In this document: positions 35,421 to 47,783 of the stretch, piece after piece
How positions within the stretch are numbered: the first letter of the stretch is position 1
Layout of the letters: each line of letters opens with the position of its first letter
DNA from: Bispira polyomma
Lineage: Eukaryota
Length of the DNA stretch: 64,000 nucleotides
Assembly: GCA_965649765.1 (NCBI GenBank)
Contig: OZ287755.1
Location: forward strand, 31,496,001-31,560,000
Reading direction: 5' to 3'
Made by a program: the position numbers and the translations under genes
The notes under the pieces: model-generated
Told to the model about the DNA's origin: nothing
The model's database searches: none
Seen by the model: only the letters and a program-made list of their open reading frames with translations

Positions 35421-38206
35421 TAACATTAGTAGAGAGCCAAGTTTTCTGAGGGATTATATCATGTTGTGTAATGGATATTTAAGCAGAAGAAACCTGACTT
35501 TGTTAGATAAATCACTGTGAATCTCCCCACAGACCCTGCTGCATTTCAAGTACAATATTGATGATCAATGTTAATATAGGGCAATTGACACTTTTTACCC
35601 TTCACCATCTCTGTGAAAGCAGCACTAGTTTTTATTTCTTTTTACATTGAAGCATATGAAGTAATTTTAGCTTATATAAGACTGTTTCTAGTATTGAAAA
35701 ACAATAGTGAATAAACCCATCATTAGATACAGATATGGTTTAGTTTGTCTTTAGCTGCTCTTTTAATATGTCTTATGTTATATGATGGCGAGTAGTTGGT
35801 CAAGGTTTTCTGCTCTGCAAACCGTCTTCAGCAAGTCTATCACCAAGTTTCCCAACATACATGCCAATGCTGAGACTCAAACCCACGGCCACAGAGATGG
35901 GATACCAGTATGTTACCACTACTGTACCACTGAGACCCCGCAGAGACTGATATAACACAGCTGTAATGTTAATAAATGCACATTTATAAAATTTCAAGTT
36001 TGTTTAGTTTACTTTGTCTTCATGCCACTCTTAATATTTCACCTATATTATAGAGGGCTATATAGAAAAGTAAAAGCAACATGTGGACAATTCCTATAAA
36101 GCTGACATCCCACGTAGGTGACAAAATGCACAACAGTGTTCTGCAACAATTTGTTGGTGATTGTTTTCATTGCTTGTGTGCATTTGTCTGAAAACCCCCA
36201 AATAAAAGGGGCCTTTCAACGCCAATGTTGAGATAGTATGACGACACCCAGGAGACAATGGGGAAACCTTTAATATTATGGCTTGTCACCTAGCCAATTC
36301 GGCTATACAGAATGGGGCTTCAATGAATGACTTCAGAGAACTGGACACCGTACGTACGATATATGTATGATAAACTTTGCTTGTTCCTTGCATGTTTCAG
36401 AGTCAATGAAGTTACTGTTATTTGCTAAAAAAAGGGCAAATTTTACATAATTTGGTTCCCAAGAAAGGCAAATTAGTTAAAAATTGTTTCTGTCTCTTAA
36501 CCTAACTTCATAGGGAAATTTTGAAAGACATAGCATCAAATGTAGTACAGGCATATGATATTGTACATAATTAAAGTTCCTCATTAATATCTTTTAGTGT
36601 ATTTTACTAGTGATAATATGTACAGATTGCGTGCAGGCAAAAAATCATTATTTAATTTCTGAGATTATTTACAGATAGAAAGACAATACATTTTTATTAG
36701 TGCTGGAGGTGCTGTCATGTTTATCTTCCTACTATATTATTGGCTCTAGGTTCAGAAAGTTGTAAAAAGTGTCTCCTGAGACAATCTCTCTATCAGGTAC
36801 TTATTGTCATTGTCAATTTGTAATTCTTCAGAAAATCTAATTTTATTTACCATTTCTTACTAGACTGAGTTTTGTGTTATCGAAAATACTTTTACTTTTA
36901 CTGATAGTATGCATGGCAATGGACAGAGCAATTACCATAAGCAAAACTGACACCGCATATAAAACCCAAAAAATATCATCTTTCCATTGAGTCTGTGGTT
37001 GTATGTTGATAAAACAAAAGCCGTACACAATATTACAACTTATGGCCAACCTAAAAGTACTTGAATTATTAAATATCATTATTTGAAAAGATTTCCTTAT
37101 ATTTCTTGTTGAAGAGAACATAACAAACTGCCGTGTCAGATTTGTTGATTTTTGCTTATGGTAAACACCCTGTCTCTCGCCGACAGAAAACTCTGTCTTG
37201 GTCTAAACTAGACAGAATAATCTGTCCCCATTTAGCAAGATTCCTTGCTGTTATTTTACCGACGGACTTATGAAAAGGGACAGAACGGCTAAACATACAT
37301 CCTAATGCAACTGGCATATTCGACAAAGTGTTTCCACAATATTTCTTTTTCTAGGTTTTACTCTTATCTACAGTATTTATAATTAGCACTGCCAAGGTAT
37401 TTGTCAGTGTTAACTTTCTCAACAATGATTATTGCAACAATGTTTTAGTTCCTCATAGGAAAAATGTTTATTAATTAAAGCTACTGAGCAAAAGTCATAT
37501 TAAATGTGCTCCTGTGACATGCCATTCCACTTAAGGTCATTTAATTTGTTTTGAAAAAAATGCAAGATTAATGATTTTGATGTAATTAAGTAAGTTGAGT
37601 CCCTTCTGCCACTTTTTTACTACATTGTAGTTAGCTGTGGTAATGTATTTGAATTGTAATTTCATTTACTTTTTTGCAAATATGTATCAAATGGTAATTA
37701 CTTACTAAATGACATAAAAAGTTTTGGTTGTTTTATGCTCACAGACATATTTATCCTATCTTGATATATATGTGAACACTAATATACTACATGTACTCAC
37801 AATCGAATAGACTGAAAGTACATTATAATTTGGACAATCTATTTCTGATGTCTATATGTGGACAGGATGTACCAATGAAATTTTAATAAACTTCTGTTAC
37901 AGTTATTTTATAGAAACAAACGCTGAATCAACAGCTTGCAACAGGTAACACTTTACAATTTAAATTTTGTTGGGATTTAAGTCGCTTTGAACTGCTTAGG
38001 TCATACCATGACGGCCAGATTCAATGGTAGTAGAAAGCAGTGTGAACAGCACGACCACTTCAGGGGCCTGCTGCCTCAGTTATAAAGCACGACTTTAAAT
38101 CCTTTTAATAAAGTCTTTTCTTGTTTCACCTTCTGTCCATCACACAATACCTCTAAACCAATCAGCTTAGGACACATGGTCAAACTGTGTATTAGGACCC
38201 ACGCTT

Positions 38207-39008
38207 AGGTGCCATATTGGAAACTCAAACCAAGGAGGTAACAAGTGGAAAAAGTTTTAGACATTATTAATGATTGATATATATACGTGCTTTAATTTTA
38301 GTGTAACTTTGTTTTTAATCAGTATACACACTATGGGACGTACAAAGAAGACACCTGGCAGTGCATCACAGCCTAAAATAAAGACAGCTACAAAGAAAGT
38401 GATCAGTCAGGTATCATTATCCGACTCTGTCGCACGTAATTTGCAAGTTCCTTTGTCTGAAGCTACCCCGAGTAATTCTATGTCAGCCGGATCTGAGGGG
38501 CTATCTGAAGTTATGAGCGTTTTGCGCAGGCTTGAAGCTGTGAACACTTCTATTAACAGACGTTTAGACCAAGTTGAAACTAAGGCCACGTCTTCAACGA
38601 GTGCTCAGGTGCCATATTGGAAACTCAAACCAAGGAGGTAACAAGTGGAAAAAGTTTTAGACATTATTAATGATTGATATATATACGTGCTTTAATTTTA
38701 GTGTAACTTTGTTTTTATAATCAGTATACACACTATGGGACGTACAAAGAAGACACCTGGCAGTGCATCACAGCCTAAAATAAAGACAGCTACAAAGAAA
38801 GTGATCAGTCAGGTATCATTATCCGAATCTGTCGCACGTAATTTGCAAGTTCCTTTGTCTGAAGCTACCCCGAGTAATTCTATGTCAGCCGGATCTGAGG
38901 GGCTATCTGAAGTTATGAGCGTTTTGCGCAGGCTTGAAGCTGTGAACACTTCTATTAACAGACGTTTAGACCAAGTTGAAACTAAGGCCACGTCTTCAAC
39001 GAGTGCTC
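38207..39008 (+). repeat. Near-identical 400-bp tandem duplication of the gag start
   Basis: aggtgccatattgg at 38207 and 38607; I see only one substitution and one 2-bp indel between copies. Confidence 0.95.
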
Positions 39009-39807
39009 TGCATAACGGCCACACGTTTGCTACTACCTCTGCTCAGGCCTCGCCGTTACTACAGCCAGCAGTTCCCCCACCACAGGCTACAGCAGTGCAC
39101 ACATCCCATCAAGAATTTCAACGAGATTGCATAGTACCGAAACTCGACATGCTGAAGTCGATGGCTGACGTGAATACAGCTGTTAACCAGAGATTGGCCG
39201 CCTATGACGCCAGACTTACCCATGACCTTACACAAGGTAAGCACCTATCAAAGCATAGATCTGGGCGATTTAATACAACGGACATCTGCATCCCTGAGCC
39301 ACAGCATCGTTGGCCCAATGAAGGATGTGTAGGCGGAACTGCGAAAAAACGTCCTGCTTACGATGAGCTTTCTCTTTCTCAATGGGCGTCGGGTCAGTTA
39401 TTCAACATTTCACACATTTCTGATATCACGCTTATGAAGCAGATGATCATGCAAGTCACCTACTCATTGAGAGATGCGACATCTCTTCCTTGGTCCGCAG
39501 TTAGGTCTGCATGGGCCCACAATATGCAGGAGATTGAGGAGAACCGGATGGAGTGGGCAGACTCAACTCAGTGGGCTATTAACAGGCTTAACATGTCACA
39601 GATGGCGCTAGTCAATTCACACGTCGCACAGGGTACTCAGAAACCGAAAGTCACCTGCAAATATTTTAATGTTGGATCGTGCAGTCACGACAGTGATCAC
39701 AGCCAGTATCGTCATATTTGTTCTCATTGCTTAAGCACCTCAACAAGGAGAGTAATCATCCAGAGTTTAAGTGCGTGAAGGCTAACAGTGCTAAGGCCAC
39801 AAGTTAG
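38735..39807 (+). pseudogene. E4 gag (nearly intact, one frameshift in the last finger)
   Basis: 347-aa ORF MGRTKK...CKYFNVGSCSHDSDHSQYRHICSHC. The shifted frame continues KHLNKESNHPEFKC (matches E2) to TAG at 39805-39807. Confidence 0.9.
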
Positions 39808-42420
39808 GGAGGTGGTCGACTGCCTGGACCACTGCCAAACACTGATGTTGACTCTAGTTGTAAAAAGTATAAGATTGCTAACAGTAATTATAAGTTTGGA
39901 AGAGACGATAGTACTAGAAGTGCTTACAAAATTGATTCTAATTTAGAACTAAGTACTTTTGGAAATTTAAATGATAATATTATTCTCAGACATACAGACT
40001 ATGAATGTAACAATGTGTATAATGATTTCAGGAATCTGTTGATGTTACTAATCAACAGCTGGACAGTGTTGCTTATGGCAAAGTCTCTGGTTTTAATACT
40101 GACACCTCATACCTTTATTATAGTAATCAAGGGCAAACTAGTAACACGGGGATGGGAAGAAATCATATAGAAGGTGATAATTCTCAGAAAGGAAATATGA
40201 TTCATAATGGGCTCTTACAAATTCCGAACCTTAATTGTGTCTGTCGTGTGTCAGTGTTGGAACCACCTAGTTGCTTTGATAAATGCTGTTTTCAGATATT
40301 CAGCTGTAGGGCAAATGCCCATTTTTCCAATCAATATTATGTACACATATAATACTTGGGTTACTATAGATATGAACACTAACAAAATTGGTGGTTATAC
40401 CGCTAACCAGTTGGAGGAAGCCAACTTAGTTTGGTTGAATCACAGTAAAGACACGGCATGCTTCAACGACCACGGATGTGATTATACAGTTCACATCTGC
40501 AACATAATTGATAAGCTTACAACTGTCAATTGTCATAATGACATGCATGCAGAGCATGTTAACAAGGGTGAGATTACCACCAATAAGGTGACCAAGGCTA
40601 GCATCACACGTACTCCCGTTTATGGGTTAATGGACAAGTCGGGCGACTTGCTTATTAACGCATCCTCTTCTTCTGAAAACAATCAGATTAAGGACATTTA
40701 TGATCACAACAAAACAACAGGTTTTATTAATTAAACTTTCTGATACAAGTTTTGAATTCGTGGGTCCTGACAAGGATTCGGTCCACATAAAATCTGTACA
40801 ACATTTATGTGAAATTGCAGAGATCATTAGGAATACAGGCATGCCAAATTATCAACAGGCTCGTATACCGATTAAGTCGGATCTGAATATTTCAGCTTGG
40901 GAAAGAATTACTCATGATCATACTGATAAATTGATTATGCAATATATCAAATTCGGTTTTCCACTGTCTAAACAGGAACCTAGTTTATTGGTCAACACAA
41001 ACATTACTAACCATGTCTCAGCCTTGCAACATCAAGAAGCAGTAGTAGCTTACTTGACTAAGGAGAAACAAAAGGGAGCTTGTTAGGCCCAGTTGCCAAT
41101 GTGCCAGATAAAAACTTTCACTGCTCACCTTTACTAACCAGACGAAAGGACACAAATAAAAGCCGAGTAATCTTGAACCTTTCCTATCCTCCAGGTCGGT
41201 CGGTTAATGATCAAGTGGACAGTTGCTTCGATGGTACTACCTTTTGTCTAATATTGATGATATTACTTATGCTATTCAAAATACATTCAATGCAGTTATG
41301 TTCAAGGTCGATGTCGAGTGGGCATTTCGTAACTTGCGCGTTGACCCTGTCGACGCAGTGAAATTTGGAATTACTTGGAACAATGAGTACTTTTTAGACG
41401 CTGCCGTGGCGTTCGGATGGGCACACGGTAGTGCTTCTTTTCAGCGATGTTCCGACATAATAGTAGACTATATGAGTAGTAAAGGGTATCAACTGTATTG
41501 CTACATCGACGACTACATTTGCATAACCACAGAGACTAAGGCAGACAAGGGTTTTTCAATATTATGTGAACTTATGGACGATTTAGGGCTTCAAATGAAT
41601 CCAGACAAAGTATGCCCCCCAGCAGATCACATGACATATTTGGGTATTGACATTGATATCACAAGCAGTACAATTTGCATTACCAAAGACAAAACTGAAG
41701 AAATACACTTAGTATGTAAGGAAACAAGACAGAAATCTTGGCTATCTCGTTCCAGATTTCAGTTTCTTCTTGGCAGGCTTTTATACATCCACAAATGTGT
41801 AAAGCCTGCCAGGTGTTTTATTAATAGATTATTGGCAGTTTTTAGAGCATCCCCTGGTGCCAAGAGATTTAAGGTCACAGACAATGTGAAACAGGATCTG
41901 GACTGGTTTATTAAATTTTTATACCAATACAATGGAATTACATATATCAACCCTAGATTCATACAAGCAAGCAAAGAATTACACCTCGATGCCTGCTTAA
42001 CAGGCATAGGGGCATTCTGGGGCACTGAAATTTATCATACACCCATATATAACATCTATGGCCAACCTTTACATATCACTCAGCTTGAAATGCTAAATAT
42101 TGTCATTGCACTTAGGGTGTGGGGCCCATCAACAAATTACAATTCATTGTGACAACATGGCAGTGGTCTTGGTGGTTCAGACCGGTAAGACTAAGGACGC
42201 TTTTCTTGCTGCATGCATTAGGAACATTTGGCTTCTAAATTCTATACACGACATTACACTACACGTTAAACACATTAAGGGTAAAGAGTACATATTTGCT
42301 GACGCATTATTGCGGATATATTCTCCACACCCACAGAACCAAGCAGTACTTGATCTCATGGCAAACCATACACTTAGGGAAGTTTTACCACAGTACTTTA
42401 ACCTAGACTGTCATATATAA
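39808..42420 (+). pseudogene. E4 pol (RT + RNase H), frameshifted
   Basis: IKFGFP, ILNLSYP, KVDVEWAFRNL, FGWAHG, YIDDY, DACLTGIG, HCDNMAVV, FADAL. Confidence 0.92.
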
Positions 42421-42426
42421 TTGTAG

Positions 42427-43190
42427 GTGCCACTGCTGCCTCAGCTTCACTGGGCCAGGCTGCTATTCTAAGGCTGGATTCAGCACTACGCCCATCCACA
42501 CAAATGGCCTACAAGAACCAGTTCAAGACATTCCTGGCTTTCTTGCATCATGTGCACATGTAGGACTATACATTCAATTCTAGCGTTTCTAGAATACTTG
42601 GTGCAGAACAATTTGTTAACTAGAGTGGTAAATAACTACATTTCAGCACTTAAATTTATGGCATCTAAGTATGACCTTAATGTGCATTTATTTCATCACA
42701 ATGCAGTGGCACTGTTTACTAGAAGTCTCACACATACCTCCAAATTTAGACCTGTTACAAAAGGGGTGTTCGACATCAAACACATCTCACTTATCTCACA
42801 AGCGTGTTCCATATTAGATAACCCTACACTTTAGAGGGCCATTTTTCTACTGGCTTTTTATGGGTTTTTGAGAATGTCAAACATTGCTCCACACTCAAGG
42901 TCAAAATTTGACTCTTCTAGACATCTGTTACGACAGGACATAATACTAGGCCCACCTGGTGCCCATGTAATAATCAAATGGGCTAAGAACATGCAGGACA
43001 GGTCAAGCTCTCATGTGGTCCAGCTCCCTATTATTTCAGCTCCACACGTTTGTCCAGTAAGAGCTATTTCCACACTTCTTAGGTCAAGAGATCTTTTACC
43101 CTCACAACCTTTGTTTGCTACCTCCTTGTGGTCATATCTTCAGTCTACATCACAAGCCACTTCCTTTTGCCTCCATAATCCCTGCATCTA
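42427..43190 (+). pseudogene. E4 tyrosine recombinase, with internal deletion
   Basis: SALRPSTQMAYKNQF, FYGFLRMSN, IKWAKNMQ, CPVRAI; jumps from QPLFAT to WSYLQST and lacks the HxxR region. Confidence 0.88.
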
Positions 43191-43989
43191 TTTAGCTTGG
43201 GTTTGGGTTCAGTTCAAAAATTCAACCTTACATTTGAATTTTGGTAACCACTTCTATACTTACCACAACTTGTACATATGCTAACCCTGTACAAAAAATA
43301 AATCTCCAAATGGTATCTTGCTTTTATTAAAACTTCAAAACTTCATGGTCATTATTTTCCACATCACTTCTGAAACCTGCATAACTGTCGAAGCACTGTA
43401 AACCACCAACATATTCGAACCTATATCAGTGAGAGGCAAGTGATTGTTATAAAGGTTCTTCTAACAAGCATGTAAAACCCAACTAAATTTTAACCACTAG
43501 GGCACCTGGCAATACTAAAAAGTGTGATTCATGTCATAGTAGAGATGAGCCAAAATGACTTGCTTGCTACGGACCAAGACGTTCCTCTAACTCAGTTCTC
43601 ACAACTAGCAATAACTCATTTGAATGGACTGGAAGAAAACTTATATTGATAAATTATTTAAATTTCTGCCTGATCTATTTTCATTGAAGAAGACAGATGC
43701 CAAATACAGGCATGTGGCATTGGTAATAATGGGATGTAATGCCTTACTGGTTGACTTGGAATTAGACATGCTGAGTGGTACAGTCACCTCTAGACATAGT
43801 CATCTCCATCTGGCTTTGGATGAACTTCTTGCCCTTAGAACTCTCTCTCCTCATTGCAAGCAACTCAGAATTCCGTACAGTGATTCTGCCTCCTCTCTTC
43901 AACCTCATGATGTTTACTAACCAACATCAGTGTCTTTTATTACTTGAACTTCAGGCAAGGGCTTGGTGGCAAGGAAAGAGGTCGGAGTG

Positions 43990-45450
43990 TGTACGAGGGA
44001 ATCTAGGGTAAGTAGCCACAGTTAAAAAGATAGGTTTTAAGCTTTTTCCTAAAATAATGAGTGTATCAACTGATCTAAGGTCAACTGCGAGTTTGTTCCA
44101 TAATAAAGGAGCTGCAATAGAGAATGCTCTGGATCCCGCCTTCCTAATGGGTCTGACTGAAGATATAGAGAGTCTGTTGATTCTCTTACGATTACTGAAG
44201 GAGAGAAGGGAAGCAGTAAGGAGGGCTGTTGAGTGACTATAGCCTTAAAAGTGGCAACGTGAATCTTGAACAAAATACTAGAGTGAATGGGCAGCCAGTG
44301 TAATTTTTTGAGGTAATGAGTGGCATTTGTGTTGGAGCTTTTTGATCTGTGACTTGTTTACTCCGAACAGAAGAGAGTTGCAGTAGTCGAGGTGGCTGCT
44401 AACAAGGGCGTTAGCCACCATTATTGCTTTATCCATTGACAGGTGTTTCGTGTTCTTTTGATGTTGCGTATATGCTAATAGCAGGAGTACCAGATGTTAG
44501 CAACATGAGTGTCAAACGAAAAAGCTGAAAAAGTACATGCCCAAGGATGGATCCCTGGGGTACTCTGTATGATAGGTTTATGGAAGAGGATAGGGTATCA
44601 TCTAATTTAATTCTTTGTGCTCTAAGAGTAAGGTAGGATCTGATCCATTTAATGACACTGCTATTTTTCCAAACCACTGATTAAAAGTTTCTCAGAGCAG
44701 GCCATGATCAATAGTGTCGAATGCAGCTGAAACATCCAGAAGGGTGAGGGCTACTGTTTGATTGCAGTCCAGTGCAAGATTGATATCATTGCTGACAGAA
44801 AAAGGAGTGGGATTTTCTGTAAGCAGATTGATGACAATTTTTAATGTTTTGTCTGTTTAGGTGGTCAGAAATTCCAAAATCCCATTAGCCATCCATGATT
44901 CACTGATGGGATTTGAATTTGGTTTTGCAATTACCAGAAGTATGTGATTATGGAGGTGGGTTGAACTTGAGATGAACTGTGAGAAACCAAAAGTGTTGAG
45001 GAGGTTGTTCAAATCTTTTGTTATGGTTGTTTTATGTATACCTTGATGTTGAAGTCACCAAGGATAATAGCTTTAGATGGAAGGAGGTTGAGGGTCTCAA
45101 GGAATTCGGAAAAATCTTGAGTAACGGTACCTAGAGAAGGGGTGGGTGGACGATAAAAAGAAGAAACCAGGAATGAATGATAGCCATTTGAAATTTTGTA
45201 TGTGATGGATTCAACAGACGAATAGAACTAGGTTTTTTTTATTTTCACAGGAAAGAGCATTTTTTACAAAGATGCCTACTTCTCCATGTTTGTGCAACCT
45301 GGGAAACTGAAAAAATTTGTAACCCTACTGCTAAGCCACATCTCGGAGACGGCAGCAATATCCAGATCCTGGGCTATGATCATATCAATAGCTGCAGGCG
45401 CCTTGTTCCACAAGGAATGGGCGTTAAACGCACCAATTTTAAGCATGAAT
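43990..45450 (-). mobile_element. Internally deleted L2/CR1 LINE (APE endonuclease + RT fragments + 3' end)
   Basis: FNAHSLWNK...DLDIAAVSEMWL (APE), LLDVSAAFDTIDH, WIRSYL..RAQ..VPQGSILG, LHWLPIH. Confidence 0.85.
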
Positions 45451-45869
45451 GCTGGGAAGGATTTATACTGATGTCCTCGCAAAGAGAGGAATCCATACAC
45501 TTTTAACCCGGGAGTTAGGACGCCGGGTAATGTTCATTTGGAAAAATTAAAAAAAAAATGTGTTAACCTTATCCAAGGAGGTAAGGAGGGATGGACTAAG
45601 TACAAATTGGTAAAAAAATGGTGTATTTGGAGGTGAGCAGGTGCCCCACTCTTGACACAGGCCAGAACCATGCGAGACAGGAGTGTGAAACAAAACTTCC
45701 ACATCTCAGAATCATTTTCATTATTTTTGCAAAATATTCTAATCCTGGTAATTATTGGTTTCATTGTTAAAAATTAAATACAACAATACAAATTATTAAT
45801 TTATATTGCACTATTTGAACATTATTAATATGTTTTTATAGGTCGCTGTTATGTTACAGAATTCAAATA

Positions 45870-46250
45870 AACTGTTCATACTTAACAACACACAAAATTA
45901 ATAATGACAAAACATGTGTTTTTAAATTTCCGTTAAACACTTTAAAGTCTGTTATGGCTCTTATATTCTCCAGTGAGGCATACCATAATTTTGGACCACA
46001 GACACTGGTAGCTCTGTCAGCAAAGTTCTTATGTTTTGAAAATGGGACACTTAACATCTTTTACTGCTTATTGGAGCGGAGCCCGGATGTTGTAGACTAC
46101 ATAGGTATTTTGGAGCTAGTTGATGTAGGCTCCTAAAGACCAGGGTAAAAACTTCAGTTTGGTAGCCAGTGTAACACTTTTAGTGCTGTAGTATTACTGT
46201 CATGTTTGATTACAGGTTTAGCAGTCAGGTTTTGAACTCTGTAATTTTTT
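45870..46250 (-). mobile_element. L2/CR1 LINE 3' fragment
   Basis: FADRATSVCGPKLWY...IRAITDFKVFNGNLKTH. Confidence 0.65.
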
Positions 46251-47783
46251 AATTGCAACAACTGGTATGCCTATATAGAGCATTTACATTCTATATTGCA
46301 ATATATTGCATTCACGATGGCTGTTCATATATTTATAGTAATACCAATCTTCATAAATACTTTTCATTTTTGGTTCCTATACATTGACTGTTTTTATGCA
46401 ACTTATACTTTACATGATTCTCTTTTAAAAATCATCTTTTTTATGTCATTTAATATTATGACTCATGGTTTAGTGTTTTACCTGTTTTATATGCTACTTA
46501 TACCATGCATTTCTCTAGCATTTTAGAAATTTTACCCTAAAATTTTATTGTACAGATGTATATAGAGTCAAAAATAAGTTATCCAAACGTAGTCAGACCC
46601 CTTCCTATACATCACTATTACTGATATATAACCTTGGATTAAGGTCACTCACTCACATATTTTTGAAGTGATTGAAGATTAATTGCAATACAAATTTAAC
46701 ATTATTTGCCAAATAACCGTAAAACGCTTTAAGGCATCAAGATCACCAATTTACTTAGTTATAAATGTGTCTACTCTACAAAAGAGTTAACCCAGCTGAT
46801 TTGTAGTACAAAGTGAATTCGATTCTCATAAGGTCAAAACCACATCAATGACCATAAAACAATTCTAAAAATACCTGTACACTTAACTAGGATGTTAATT
46901 AATTGGCATGTGACACACAATAAGTCAATCTTTTGTCATATTAGAGTTTCAGCATGGTCAACTATATATCAAACCACATATCAAAACAGATGCATAGAGC
47001 TTCTATTATTAAGAAACAAAACTAAAGAAATCTCTATTAAGGAAGGATCATATTGTATATAAGCTAGTTACTCTTTCAACCCTAAATTCATCTATTTATT
47101 TTTGTTCCATTTAGGGACATTTTTCTAGGTATATGTTACAACCCCAAGGCAGTTTGCCCCTTGGCATTTGTGTTTTTAACAAACCCTCCTAATATAGAAA
47201 AACGTCCCAATTATTCTCCCAGCACTTTTTTATAACTCAATAAACCACCGCCACAACAACAGGAAATTGCCTGGAATTTGTTCAAGTAGCATCCTGAATC
47301 ATCTACAATCATGCAAACAAGTAAGAAAAAATAGATAACAACCACAAAGTCCAGTAGTTTTTTAGTGCAATGTCAGTAGTCTCTTTGTAATAATGAAGTG
47401 TGCCTTCTTCTGGAAGTGGTTTATCTTATGTAGGAGCCTATTATTAACTGTTACAAATTGCAGGAATAAAATCTACAATTGGCTGTTTATTGCTGTGTCA
47501 CCAAGTACAAGTGTCAAGAAGAAGCTTTTAAGTGTATCAGTTTACTGGCATCATAGAGAATAAAATGTATTCTAGTAAATATACAGTGTACATATGTTAA
47601 TAACATTCTATGGAACATTGTATTTAACTTACACAAGTAATATCCATAAGTAAATATCTGAGTTTTACAAATTTACTATTCAGTTGTTAACATACAAAAT
47701 GACCTTTAACTACAACTTTTGGATAGAGCATCAGCACAAATGTTATTCTTTCCTTTGACATGCTCTATTACATATAAGGACAT

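Larger units (their letters stand above)
38041..43388 (+). mobile_element. E4: full-length decayed Ngaro-like YR retrotransposon inserted in a family-B SINE
   Basis: SINE halves ...ccagattcaatggtagtagaaagcag[tgt] and [tgt]cgaagcactgtaaaccacc flank it (compare the intact motif near 62565); gag-RT/RH-YR inside. Confidence 0.92.

Noticed and set aside
38235-38322. Small 5'-UTR intron (GAG|GTAACA ... aatcag) before E4 gag
   Set aside because: Plausible, but I could not show matching sites in the other elements.
43624-44011. ORFs 43624-43920 and 43775-44011 as genes
   Set aside because: No recognisable motifs; they lie among TE fragments.
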